A DNA stretch of 64,000 nucleotides, taken from NCBI GenBank assembly GCA_003962975.1, contig RXKC01000001.1, forward strand, positions 38,061-102,060. The letters are read 5' to 3'. The stretch is from Candidatus Saccharimonadota bacterium (GTDB taxonomy: Bacteria; Patescibacteriota; Saccharimonadia; Saccharimonadales; AWTP1-31). The notes beneath the pieces are model-generated. The model did not search any database. It was not told the origin of the DNA and saw only the letters and a list, made by a program, of their open reading frames with translations. This document shows, piece after piece, positions 54,470 to 63,374 of the stretch; position 1 is the first letter of the stretch, and every line of letters starts with the position of its first letter. The position numbers and the translations under genes were made by a program.

Positions 54470-55450
54470 CTAGAGGGCTGCAAAATTAGCTACTTGGCGT
54501 TCGGCCCGATAGCGGTTGTGGCTCGCATTATCGGGGAAGCGGTCGGGATCCCACTGGAAATAACTACCGTCTACAATATCGGTTAGGTACCGCGCAGCTA
54601 GGCCAAGCGCCATTAATCGTGTTGCTTGAACGGCTTGGTCAAAATAGGTATCAACATCGACATCGGGACGAGCTTGGGCATAGTAGCCAAGCACAATAGG
54701 CAAGAGCGCATCTTTGTTCATAGCAGGATTTGTATCACGCAGAATTCCTGTCATCGAACGCAGCATATCTGCGACATCGAGCATAGGGCTACCACGCATC
54801 AAGGTGTCCCAGTCGATAAATGTAAAGACTTCACCATTTCTGTAGAGCCCATTTGTCAGCTTTGGATCACCATGAATCAGTTGAGGTGCACCAGGTATAT
54901 CGGGCAGGCGCTGCATCTCGTCTAGGATCATTTCGGCCATGTCTTGATCTTTGTTGTCGAGTAGCAATAGTCGACGAGTAAGCTGTGCTTGATGATGAGA
55001 AAAATCATGGAAGTGAGGTATAGTCGCTTTCGGCTCATAGTCTAGTTCGGCGAGGTCAGTATGAAGTTTGCCCAGTAGGCCGGCAAACTGCCGAAAGCCA
55101 GCTTGGCTGTGAGGTGGCTGCGCCTGGTCGGATTCTATATAACGATAGCTGCGCCATGGTTTACCGAACACATCGACGGGCGTGAGCGAGTTGCTTATGC
55201 CGCGAACTGGCTCGGCGATTTCCCAGCCCTTTGCTCGCAAGTGATCGGACGCGATGGCAAAATCTTCGGTTGCTTTTGGCAAAGAACTCGGAGCCATTTG
55301 TTGCATGACCGATATGTCCCCCAAGGCATCTATAACCCGGTAGGTTGTATTGACCTGCCCACCTTCTAGTTGCTGTATTTCGTGAACGCCGCTTGGGCAG
55401 AACTCTGCCAAAATACCAGACGGTATACCAATGTGCATGGTTCGACTCAT
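54470..55450 (-). CDS. phosphotransferase (APH/homoserine-kinase-II-like) family protein
   Basis: Catalytic loop LIHGDPKLTNGL and FIDWDT. Starts 2 nt after the glmS stop. Confidence 0.7.
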   Translation of the reverse strand: MSRTMHIGIPSGILAEFCPSGVHEIQQLEGGQVNTTYRVIDALGDISVMQQMAPSSLPKATEDFAIASDHLRAKGWEIAEPVRGISNSLTPVDVFGKPWRSYRYIESDQAQPPHSQAGFRQFAGLLGKLHTDLAELDYEPKATIPHFHDFSHHQAQLTRRLLLLDNKDQDMAEMILDEMQRLPDIPGAPQLIHGDPKLTNGLYRNGEVFTFIDWDTLMRGSPMLDVADMLRSMTGILRDTNPAMNKDALLPIVLGYYAQARPDVDVDTYFDQAVQATRLMALGLAARYLTDIVDGSYFQWDPDRFPDNASHNRYRAERQVANFAAL

Positions 55451-55452
55451 GG

Positions 55453-57261
55453 CTACTCTACCGTCACTGACTTAGCGAGATTGCGTGGCTTGTCGATATT
55501 GCGTTTGTTTTTGGCAGCAATCTCGAGGGCAAGTAATTGCAAGCAAGCGTTCATTACCAAACCGTCAGTATGTGGCCCGGTATGGGCAACTTCAACATGG
55601 TAGTCACTCTGGCTTGGTTTAGGGCGAGTTGAAACAGTGAGTACTGTACCACCGCGCGCTTTTATTTCTTGCAGTGCAGACAAGCCTTTTTCATACAGCA
55701 GTTCATCTTCGGGTAGGAGCAAGACTGACACATGCTTTGCATCAATCAGCGAGATCGGGCCGTGTTTCATCTCCCCGGCAGGAAATGCTTGAGCGTGGGC
55801 ATAGGCGACCTCGGATAGTTTAAGTGCTCCTTCAAGTGCTACTGGGTAGAGCTCGCCTCGCCCTAGGAAAAACCAGTCATGACGATCATATAGTTCTTCG
55901 GCTAGCTTCTTGATTTGCTTATGTAGTTCTAAGGCAGAGGTGATCTCGCTTGGCAGCATGGCAAGTTCTCGCGCCAGGTTGCGCATAAGCACCTGGTTTT
56001 GCCCCAGCTTGTTGGCCATGAAGCCACCAAACATGAGCAACGCAACAACCATGGCAGTGAAAGCTTTCGTACTGGCGACAGAAGTCTCGACGCCAACATG
56101 TAGGTAAATACCGCCGTGATCTACATCGCGGGCAAGTGAAGAGCCAACTGCATTCACGATACCCATGGTCATGATGCGTCGGCGCTTGGCCTCGTGTAGC
56201 GATGCCAGAGTGTCAGCGGTTTCGCCGGACTGACTCATAAAAATAGCCAAAGTGTGTTCAGGATCGTAAGCACCATAGCGATAACGAAATTCACTGCCAT
56301 GCTCTACGCTCACCGGTATGCCCAGCATTTCTTCTAGACGATACTTCGCATAAAAACCAGCATAGTAGGCAGTGCCACAGCCAATAATTAATATATGCTT
56401 GATAGCCTGCATCTCTTCAAGAGCTAGATTTGGCCCGCCCAAAACAATTGAACCATCTTCACTTACTCGACCACGCATGGTGTTGGTGAGTGCAGTTGGC
56501 TGTTCGTAAATCTCTTTTTCTAGATAACTCTCAAACCCTTCGAGTTTGGAGGCCCGTTCGGTCTCTTCGAGTTCTTCGACAGCGATTGACTGTACTTGCA
56601 TTTTTAGGTCATACACCTCGAGTCCAGCTTTCGAGAGCTTGGCAACCTGATTATCTTCTAAGTACACCACTCGGTCCGTGTGATCAATCAGAGCTGTTGG
56701 ATCACTAGCGATGTAATACTGCTCATCGTCAACGCCAATAATGACTGGGCTACCACGACGCGCAGCAATCAATGCGCCCGGCTCTTTTGGCGACATAGTA
56801 ATAATGCCAAAGGTTCCCTTGGCACGAGACAGTGCTTGCTGTGTGGCTTGCAGCAGATCTTTAGTACTATGAAAGTATAGATTAATTAAGGCTGCTAAAA
56901 CCTCACTATCAGTTTGACTCTTTAGCTTTGTAGTGTCGATTTCGGCTTTTAGATCTTCGAAGTTTTCGATAATGCCGTTGTGTACCAAGACAATATCACC
57001 AAAGTGATGAGGGTGAGCATTGGCCGCAGATGGTTCGCCATGTGTAGCCCAGCGCGTGTGACCGATTCCCATAGTTGCCTCATCGCTAAGCTTCTGTAAA
57101 TTCAAGCTGGCAGTATCGCCTTTAGTCTTATTAATACTGAGTGACTGGTCAAGTAGTGCAATACCCGCTGAGTCGTAGCCGCGATACTCTTGCTGTTTGA
57201 GCCCACTATATATAATCTGCTTTGCCGGACGAGTGCCAATATACCCCATGATGCCGCACAT
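55453..57261 (-). CDS. glmS: glutamine--fructose-6-phosphate aminotransferase
   Basis: MCGIMGY Ntn Cys, GHTRWATHG, two SIS domains, C-terminal KSVTVE. Confidence 0.97.
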   Translation of the reverse strand: MCGIMGYIGTRPAKQIIYSGLKQQEYRGYDSAGIALLDQSLSINKTKGDTASLNLQKLSDEATMGIGHTRWATHGEPSAANAHPHHFGDIVLVHNGIIENFEDLKAEIDTTKLKSQTDSEVLAALINLYFHSTKDLLQATQQALSRAKGTFGIITMSPKEPGALIAARRGSPVIIGVDDEQYYIASDPTALIDHTDRVVYLEDNQVAKLSKAGLEVYDLKMQVQSIAVEELEETERASKLEGFESYLEKEIYEQPTALTNTMRGRVSEDGSIVLGGPNLALEEMQAIKHILIIGCGTAYYAGFYAKYRLEEMLGIPVSVEHGSEFRYRYGAYDPEHTLAIFMSQSGETADTLASLHEAKRRRIMTMGIVNAVGSSLARDVDHGGIYLHVGVETSVASTKAFTAMVVALLMFGGFMANKLGQNQVLMRNLARELAMLPSEITSALELHKQIKKLAEELYDRHDWFFLGRGELYPVALEGALKLSEVAYAHAQAFPAGEMKHGPISLIDAKHVSVLLLPEDELLYEKGLSALQEIKARGGTVLTVSTRPKPSQSDYHVEVAHTGPHTDGLVMNACLQLLALEIAAKNKRNIDKPRNLAKSVTVE

Positions 57262-57262
57262 A

Positions 57263-57439
57263 CTATTCTTCTACCTTTTCTATGACGAGTTTATTGCCCT
57301 GACGACGAACCATAAGAGTCGTGCCTTTTTCCCAGCCGAGTTGCTTTACGACGGCGACGGGCAGGCTTACTGCGTATGATTTCTTACCAACCATATTCAG
57401 TTTGCGTATACCGGTTTGATCGTTATCTGGACGTGCCAT
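57263..57439 (-). CDS. AbrB/MazE/SpoVT-type DNA-binding protein
   Basis: SpoVT-AbrB pattern KKSYAVSLPVAVVKQLGWEKGTTLMVRRQGNKLVIEK. ORF track start is 57475. I prefer ATG 57439, which lies 7 nt after TATTCT (57452-57447) with TTGCAT (57475-57470) at 17-nt spacing. Stop is 1 nt from the glmS ATG. Confidence 0.6.
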   Translation of the reverse strand: MARPDNDQTGIRKLNMVGKKSYAVSLPVAVVKQLGWEKGTTLMVRRQGNKLVIEKVEE

Positions 57440-57475
57440 AACAGATAGAATAGGGCACTGAAACACAAAATGCAA

Positions 57476-57491
57476 TTAATTACGTAATTAA
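57476..57491. promoter_or_regulatory. perfect 16-bp palindrome TTAATTACGTAATTAA (operator candidate)
   Basis: Abuts the -35 TTGCAT of the abrB-like/glmS promoter in the divergent intergenic region. Confidence 0.45.
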
Positions 57492-57552
57492 ATATCTTAC
57501 ATACTTCTAGCTGTTTCATGGTTATACTTGTGTCTACGTAAGTGGAGCCTCA

Positions 57553-57894
57553 ATGCATACAGTCGGAGAGATAGACACAGCTGCTCGAGAATTTATCACC
57601 AGACAACTTGATCCGAATGAATGGAATGGTTGTTACGCGTTTATCTTTGTTGAATGTCTTGGTGATGAGGTACTAATGGTTGAGGCGTGGCAGCGAGACG
57701 AAGCATGCGAACGCGTTAGGGATGAGAGTTATATTTTGGAGAAACCGGAGTATTGGCTAGTAGATGCGGCTCACTACTACGGAGTAGAACCATGCTTTCA
57801 GGAGGTAGCTTTGTTAACGGCCGCTATTGCACGAGAAAAACGACAAAGAGAGCGGCAAAACGATCTCGTCGCTGCATACGTTGTGCAGTATTAA
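57553..57894 (+). CDS. hypothetical protein
   Basis: 113-aa ORF. GTGGAG lies upstream of the ATG and TATACT at 57523-57528. No motif recognised. Confidence 0.4.
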   Translation: MHTVGEIDTAAREFITRQLDPNEWNGCYAFIFVECLGDEVLMVEAWQRDEACERVRDESYILEKPEYWLVDAAHYYGVEPCFQEVALLTAAIAREKRQRERQNDLVAAYVVQY

Positions 57895-58406
57895 TGCAGT
57901 AGCTTGTTGACTCGTCTTGTGCTGACGTAAAAGATTGATAGCGCTACGATAACGGCCGCAGCAATATTTTTATTGAGCTGCAAAACAATAAGTAGCGGAA
58001 CAGTGACTCCACTGACAGTAATGGGGAGTCCAATCAGGTAGCCCTTGGTAAGATGCCGATTAATGTTGTGACGAGCTAGGCGGAGTGCCCCACATACTGG
58101 TAATAAAATCGCAAGCAGAGATAGCCACGGTGTGTTGTAGTGTGCCGTCACCAGCACCATCGGTGCAACACCAAATGTTACGAGGTCCGCCAGTGAGTCT
58201 AACTCGGCACCAAACTTTGACTCGATGTGCATGCGCCTGGCAACGTAACCGTCGATAGCATCAAAGAACACACCGAGTAGCAACAGTACCGCTGCAGTCA
58301 TAAAGTAACCGTGAATAGCGGAGTATATAGAAAGAAGTCCGGCAACTAAATTCAGACATGTTACATAGTCTGGTAGCTTCATGATCTTAGGAATTGATTT
58401 TTGCAA
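57891..58406 (-). CDS. pssA: CDP-alcohol phosphatidyltransferase (phosphatidylserine synthase-like)
   Basis: D-G-x2-A-R-x8-G-x3-D-x3-D motif (DAIDGYVARRMHIESKFGAELDSLADL). Multi-TM, 171 aa. Confidence 0.8.
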   Translation of the reverse strand: MQKSIPKIMKLPDYVTCLNLVAGLLSIYSAIHGYFMTAAVLLLLGVFFDAIDGYVARRMHIESKFGAELDSLADLVTFGVAPMVLVTAHYNTPWLSLLAILLPVCGALRLARHNINRHLTKGYLIGLPITVSGVTVPLLIVLQLNKNIAAAVIVALSIFYVSTRRVNKLLH

Positions 58407-59010
58407 GGATAGTCTCCCCGGCGATCACACGATCGCCCTTATTACACATAAGCATAACAGATTTTGGTACTACTAAGGTAACCTGCGACCCAAGATTGAT
58501 TAAGCCGACATGCTGACCAGCTTTTACTTTGTCTCCTGGTCTGACATTTGTAATGACGCGTCTGGCCAGAAAGCCAGCGATTTGCACCATTTTTACCTTG
58601 ATGGTGCCGTGAATAATTGTTTCGGTTTTTTCATTGACCAGTCCAGCTTGAAAGGTGTTTACCGCTAAAAACTTGCCATCACTATGCTTAACGCTACGCA
58701 CTGTCCCAGAAATAGGTGAGCGGTTATGGTGTACGTCAAGAGGCGACATAAAGATTGAGATAATATAGCCCTCTTTTGCGATATCGTTAGTCAGTGTATG
58801 GATGTGGCCAAGCCATTCGTGCCCGCCTTTAAAAAGATCCACACTCTTGTCTTTATAGGTAAAGATTTCAATAATGCGGCCGTCTGCAGGGGCAACAATG
58901 TGGTTGCCCTTAGGTGTGGTGCGCTTCGGGTTGCGTAAAAATATACCTTTCCAAAATGCTAATAAGCCTGCGCCAGTCAGAACCAGCAAATACCCTATGT
59001 TGCGGATCAT
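58387..59010 (-). CDS. psd: phosphatidylserine decarboxylase (short form)
   Basis: Pyruvoyl self-cleavage context INLGSQV near the C-terminus and an N-terminal TM. RBS AAGGAGG. Overlaps pssA by 20 nt. Confidence 0.8.
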   Translation of the reverse strand: MIRNIGYLLVLTGAGLLAFWKGIFLRNPKRTTPKGNHIVAPADGRIIEIFTYKDKSVDLFKGGHEWLGHIHTLTNDIAKEGYIISIFMSPLDVHHNRSPISGTVRSVKHSDGKFLAVNTFQAGLVNEKTETIIHGTIKVKMVQIAGFLARRVITNVRPGDKVKAGQHVGLINLGSQVTLVVPKSVMLMCNKGDRVIAGETILAKINS

Positions 59011-59066
59011 GCCGCCTCCTTTAGTAACATCATAGCATAAGCAATGTGGGGCAATGAAATAAGCTC

Positions 59067-59095
59067 TTGACCTAAGTTAGCATAAGTGGTAATAT
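59067..59095 (+). promoter_or_regulatory. sigma70-type promoter TTGACC-17-TAATAT
   Basis: Read directly. Followed by a 65-nt leader with two mutually exclusive hairpins (GTGTC/GACAC and ACACCTG/CAGGTGT plus TTT). Confidence 0.45.
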
Positions 59096-59161
59096 ACATG
59101 CTTTGTGTGTCATAAAAGACACCTGTTTTTGCAGGTGTTTTGCATGAAAGGAGAATGAACT

Positions 59162-59437
59162 ATGGCAGAACGATTTGGACAAGAAAACAGCTCACGGAAA
59201 TCTATCCGTGGCATCATCACCTCACTTACTGGGGTTAGTCTTGATGTATTTGGTGACCCAGTGTCAGTTGGCGAACAGCGTATACGTGAAAAACGTCGTA
59301 TGGAAGCAGAAGTGGATCGGGCTATTGCTGATATTGCTATCGCTGAAGCATTAGGCGAAGCAACAGAGACACCTGCTGCGGTACAGGCGGCACCTCAAGA
59401 AATGCCACCAGTGCGGCCAGACTTTCTCGAAGGGTAA
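59162..59437 (+). CDS. hypothetical protein
   Basis: RBS AAAGGAG. 91 aa with no motif recognised. Confidence 0.4.
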   Translation: MAERFGQENSSRKSIRGIITSLTGVSLDVFGDPVSVGEQRIREKRRMEAEVDRAIADIAIAEALGEATETPAAVQAAPQEMPPVRPDFLEG

Positions 59438-59461
59438 CAATATCGTATACTTAGCTTCTGT

Positions 59462-59535
59462 GGCGCGTTGGCCGAGAAGTTAGGCACAGGTCTGCAAAAC
59501 CTGGTAGACGGGAGCGTTACCCGTACGCGCCTCCA
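59462..59535 (+). tRNA. tRNA-Cys (anticodon GCA), atypical T loop
   Basis: Acceptor GGCGCGT/ACGCGCC plus U73-CCA, identical to E. coli tRNA-Cys as I recall it. Anticodon arm CAGGT-CTGCAAA-ACCTG. T arm ACGGG-AGCGTTA-CCCGT lacks the TTC. The D loop has no GG. TATACT at 59446-59451. Confidence 0.7.
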
Positions 59536-59548
59536 CACTGCATAAGCA

Positions 59549-59574
59549 CGACTCTCACCCGAGGGTCGTTTTTT
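59549..59574 (+). terminator. intrinsic terminator after tRNA-Cys
   Basis: 8-bp stem CGACTCTC/GAGGGTCG (one G-U pair), loop ACCC, T6. Confidence 0.7.
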
Positions 59575-59634
59575 ATTTGTGTAACAAACGTATTCCCGAC
59601 GCTACGCATGGTCAATGAGGGTATACTAGAAGCT

Positions 59635-60864
59635 ATGAATCCATGGGAAGAGGCCAAACAAAATGTAATCGCCGCAGCTCAGTCTGCCCAAATCGAGGAT
59701 GACTTTGTCGACAAGCTGTTGACCCATGAAAATACGATCCAGGTGCAGGTGCCACTAGTCAAAGAAGACGGTACAAAAGTGCATATTCACGGCTATCGAT
59801 TACAGCACAACAGCTGGCGTGGTCCTTATAAGGGCGGTCTGCGTTTTCATCCGCAAGTTTCCGTAGACGAAGCTAAGGCACTGAGTTTGTGGATGACTAT
59901 TAAAAATGCCGTTATCGATGTGCCATTTGGTGGTGGTAAGGGCGGCCTTGCGGTTGATCCAAAAACGTTGAGTAAGAGTGAGTTAGAGCAGCTGACACGT
60001 TCCTTCACGCGCGAAATTGCCCAGCATATTGGCCCCGATGTTGACGTGCCAGCCCCTGACGTGAACACGAACGGCGAAATCATGGGTTGGATTGCTGATG
60101 AATATGGCGACGCAGCGGTGGTAACAGGCAAGAATATTGATGGTGGTGGCTCAGAAGGCCGACTAGAGGCTACCGGTCTGGGCGGAGTCTACGCACTGCT
60201 CGAGTATTTCCGCTTGAATAATATCGATCCTGCAACTCAAACTATTGCCATTCAGGGTTTTGGTAATGTCGGGCTGTATGCGGCACACTTTTGCGAACAG
60301 AACGGTATAAAGGTAGTTGCTTTAGCGGATTCCAAAAATACCGTGATCGCAAGTGAAGGCTTTAAAGATGTATTGACTTTGGCCAGCGCTAAACGAAAAC
60401 ATGGCAGCCTTGCTGCCGCAGTTGAATCTTTGAATATTGACGCAAAAGTCATGCCAGCTGATGCAATATTTAGTACTCATGCAGATGTTCTCGCACCGGC
60501 AGCATTGGAAGCCGCTGTGCATGAAGGCAATGCTGACGATATAAAGGCTTCTATTATCCTCGAACTTGCCAACGGGCCGCTCACAATTGAGGCAGACCAG
60601 ATTTTGGCCAAAAAACAGATAACGATTATCCCGGATGTATTAGTAAATGCAGGTGGTGTGGCGGTGAGCTATTACGAATGGCTACAGAATAAGCAGCGCG
60701 AGACTTGGTCTAAACAACAGGTGTTTGACCGACTTGAAAAGCAAATGATCACTGCAGTAAAAGCAGTGGCAGCTGTGCAATTTGATAATAAAGTAACCTG
60801 GCGAGTCGCAGCCTACACCCTAGCCCTCCAGCGTCTGCAGCATAGCTTCTTAAATAAATCTTAA
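59635..60864 (+). CDS. gdhA: Glu/Leu/Phe/Val dehydrogenase family (glutamate dehydrogenase)
   Basis: GGLRFHPQV and the catalytic Lys region VPFGGGKGG, plus a Rossmann GFGNVG. ORF track start is 59608. TATACT (59622-59627) lies inside that extension, 7 nt before ATG 59635. Confidence 0.88.
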   Translation: MNPWEEAKQNVIAAAQSAQIEDDFVDKLLTHENTIQVQVPLVKEDGTKVHIHGYRLQHNSWRGPYKGGLRFHPQVSVDEAKALSLWMTIKNAVIDVPFGGGKGGLAVDPKTLSKSELEQLTRSFTREIAQHIGPDVDVPAPDVNTNGEIMGWIADEYGDAAVVTGKNIDGGGSEGRLEATGLGGVYALLEYFRLNNIDPATQTIAIQGFGNVGLYAAHFCEQNGIKVVALADSKNTVIASEGFKDVLTLASAKRKHGSLAAAVESLNIDAKVMPADAIFSTHADVLAPAALEAAVHEGNADDIKASIILELANGPLTIEADQILAKKQITIIPDVLVNAGGVAVSYYEWLQNKQRETWSKQQVFDRLEKQMITAVKAVAAVQFDNKVTWRVAAYTLALQRLQHSFLNKS

Positions 60865-60928
60865 GTCGCACCCAAAAAGACAACATAATCAGCAACTTTA
60901 CGAGGTGTAAAGTCGATACAATAGTTGT

Positions 60929-61438
60929 ATGAGTTCTGGTGGCAGGAAACGTTCTTGGACTGACGAGCAGCTAATTGCAATTGTTAAAGAATCGCGCAGT
61001 GTCCGTATGGTTATTATGAAGCTAGGTCTAATTCCGGCAGGCGGCAATTACGCACAGGTTGGTGCAAGAATTGATGAGCTCCATCTGAACACAGAACATT
61101 TTACTGGAAAGGGCTGGAATCATGGATTACTCTTCGTCCCGGTTCCGCCAACACCTCTTGAAGAAATCCTTGTGAAAAATAGAAGGTATCAAAGCCACTC
61201 ATTAAAAAAGCGATTATTTGCAGCTAATCTTAAATTGCCGGCATGTGAACTATGTGGCTGGGCAGAGAAGTCGGTAGATGGTAGAATTCCAGTAGAGTTG
61301 GACCATATCAATGGAGACCACTTAGACAATAGAATTGAAAATTTACGCATTCTTTGTCCAAACTGTCATAGTCTTCAGCTTACTTACAGGGGTAAGAATA
61401 AGAAAGTCTATCTGACAAAACATGCGCGGGTGTTGTAA
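60929..61438 (+). CDS. HNH endonuclease with N-terminal HTH-like domain
   Basis: CELCGW...ELDHINGDHLDNRIENLRILCPNCH. TACAAT (60917-60922) lies 6 nt before the ATG. The last 15 nt overlap the tRNA-Leu 5' end. Confidence 0.8.
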   Translation: MSSGGRKRSWTDEQLIAIVKESRSVRMVIMKLGLIPAGGNYAQVGARIDELHLNTEHFTGKGWNHGLLFVPVPPTPLEEILVKNRRYQSHSLKKRLFAANLKLPACELCGWAEKSVDGRIPVELDHINGDHLDNRIENLRILCPNCHSLQLTYRGKNKKVYLTKHARVL

Positions 61439-61510
61439 TTGGTAGCCAAGTCTGACTTAAAATCAGATGCCTTAATCGGCGTGCGGGTTCAAGTCCCGCC
61501 CCGCGCACCA
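61424..61510 (+). tRNA. tRNA-Leu (anticodon TAA)
   Basis: Acceptor GCGCGGG/CCCGCGC, anticodon arm TCTGA-CTTAAAA-TCAGA, long variable arm, T arm GCGGG-TTCAAGT-CCCGC, A-CCA. Confidence 0.88.
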
Positions 61511-61529
61511 TAACCGAACTTATACTTTG

Positions 61530-61868
61530 ATGACAGATTATTCAATTGAGATGGGCGTTGCTCGCTATGCCGCCCTTTTGGGTGTCATGCCTGCAATTCC
61601 AAAGCTAGTACCAGATGTTCTGCAGGTCGTGTGCGCACAAGAAATACCGAATCCAATGAGCCTTGTGACCACTTTTACGTTCCAAGGCGATCCGTATACT
61701 GAAATAATGTTTGATACAGCTGAGCTTGAAGCTGATTGTAGGACGCAGATGTATGGTGTAGCCAACGGTATAGCTGACTTACTGAGCTCTAATGGGCATA
61801 GTGTTACTCGGGGTATTTTGCTACCGGAAACCTTGGGAAGCCTTCGCCTTTTTCGACATACAATTTAA
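61530..61868 (+). CDS. hypothetical protein
   Basis: ORF 61527-61868 (TTG) with ATG at 61530. No motif recognised. Confidence 0.35.
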   Translation: MTDYSIEMGVARYAALLGVMPAIPKLVPDVLQVVCAQEIPNPMSLVTTFTFQGDPYTEIMFDTAELEADCRTQMYGVANGIADLLSSNGHSVTRGILLPETLGSLRLFRHTI

Positions 61869-61911
61869 GTGTATGTAGTGCTATACTTTTAGAGTAACTA
61901 AGGAGTAGAAA

Positions 61912-62469
61912 ATGCTTTATATTATTTTGGCAGTAATTGCGGTCATCGTGATTGTGATTATCGCAATGTATAACGGTTTGGTTCGCGCCAATGTACGCGT
62001 CGACGAAGCCTGGAGTGACATCACCGTTCAGCTCAAGCGACGTGCGGATTTGATTCCAAATCTCGTAGAAACCGTCAAAGGCTATGCTAAGCAAGAAAAA
62101 GAAGTTTTCGAGAATGTAACCAAGGCTCGTTCTGCAGTTATGAACGCCAACGGTGTGCAAGAAACTGCTGAAGCCGACAATATGTTCACTGGTGCATTGA
62201 AAAGCCTGTTCGCTGTTGCCGAAGCCTACCCAGACCTAAAATCAAACCAGAACTTTGCCCAACTGCAAGCAGAGCTTACTGACACAGAAGACAAGATCCA
62301 AGCTTCACGACGTTTCTATAACGGTTCAGCTCGTGACCTAAACATCAAAGTACAGACTTTCCCAACCAGTATCTTTGCGGGAATGCTCGGCTTCAAAAAG
62401 CGCGAGTTCTTTGAGCTTGAAGAAGCTGAAGCGGCCGCTGCTAAAAACCCAGTCGACGTAAAGTTCTAG
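61912..62469 (+). CDS. lemA: LemA family protein
   Basis: RBS AAGGAG. N-terminal TM, LemA pattern ([40 protein letters not shown]...RRFYNG). Confidence 0.9.
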   Translation: MLYIILAVIAVIVIVIIAMYNGLVRANVRVDEAWSDITVQLKRRADLIPNLVETVKGYAKQEKEVFENVTKARSAVMNANGVQETAEADNMFTGALKSLFAVAEAYPDLKSNQNFAQLQAELTDTEDKIQASRRFYNGSARDLNIKVQTFPTSIFAGMLGFKKREFFELEEAEAAAAKNPVDVKF

Positions 62470-62494
62470 TTAGTCACGAGTAATTCACACATAG

Positions 62495-63373
62495 ATGTAT
62501 AAAGAGATAGATGCCAATAAGCGCAAGAGTGCCTTTATTATGGTGTTCTTTGTGGCGTTCGCTTCTGCAATAGCCTACATTGGCGGCTACTATGCTGGAG
62601 GCAAGAGCTTTGCTCCGTACGCGATCATTGCAGCTTTTGCGTATACACTCTTTTCATATTTTGCGGGCGCCAAAATGGCTCTGGCATTAAACGGCGCCCA
62701 TGAAATAACAAAACAACAAGAACCTCGTTTGTACCGCACCGTCGAAAATCTAGCCATAACAAACGGCATGCCAATGCCTAAAGTTTATGTTATCGAAGAC
62801 GCTGGGCTAAATGCGTTTGCAACAGGCCGAGACCCAAACCACTCTGCTGTCTGTGCTACACGTGGCCTTCTTAACAGTCTTACGGATGTTGAGCTGCAGG
62901 GGGTCATGGCGCACGAACTTGGACACGTCAAGAACTATGACATCCGAGTTAGCCTCATCGCCTTCGCACTCGCCTCAATAATCGGCATTATTAGCGACCT
63001 CGTGTTGCGCATGTGGTTCTGGGGCGGCAGTGATGACGACGCACCATCTAACCCTGTTTTTATGGCTATTGGCGTTGTGGCAATCTTGCTTTCGCCGTTT
63101 GTCGCCATGCTTATTCAGTTGGCTATCTCACGGCGTCGTGAATATCTGGCAGATGCCACCGGAGCATTGACAACCAGATACCCAGAAGGTTTGGCATCGG
63201 CCCTAGAAAAGCTTGAGCAGCAGGGCAGTGCACTCAAACGCCAAAGCAGCAGCACCGCACATTTGTTCTTTGCTAATCCATTAAAAGGCAAAACACTGGC
63301 TGGTTTGTTTAGTACCCACCCCCCTATTCAAGACCGGATCGCTCGACTTCGGCAAATGGGACAGGGCGGATAG
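62495..63373 (+). CDS. htpX: zinc metalloprotease HtpX (M48)
   Basis: HELGHV zinc motif, 4 TM, downstream EYLADA glutamate ligand context, C-terminal THPPIQDRI. Confidence 0.9.
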   Translation: MYKEIDANKRKSAFIMVFFVAFASAIAYIGGYYAGGKSFAPYAIIAAFAYTLFSYFAGAKMALALNGAHEITKQQEPRLYRTVENLAITNGMPMPKVYVIEDAGLNAFATGRDPNHSAVCATRGLLNSLTDVELQGVMAHELGHVKNYDIRVSLIAFALASIIGIISDLVLRMWFWGGSDDDAPSNPVFMAIGVVAILLSPFVAMLIQLAISRRREYLADATGALTTRYPEGLASALEKLEQQGSALKRQSSSTAHLFFANPLKGKTLAGLFSTHPPIQDRIARLRQMGQGG

Positions 63374-63374
63374 T

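Noticed and set aside
60929-61510. Calling the HNH gene plus tRNA-Leu a mobile element.
   Set aside because: There are no flanking repeats, no integrase and no target-site duplication, and the promoter architecture looks native. I report it only as an observation.
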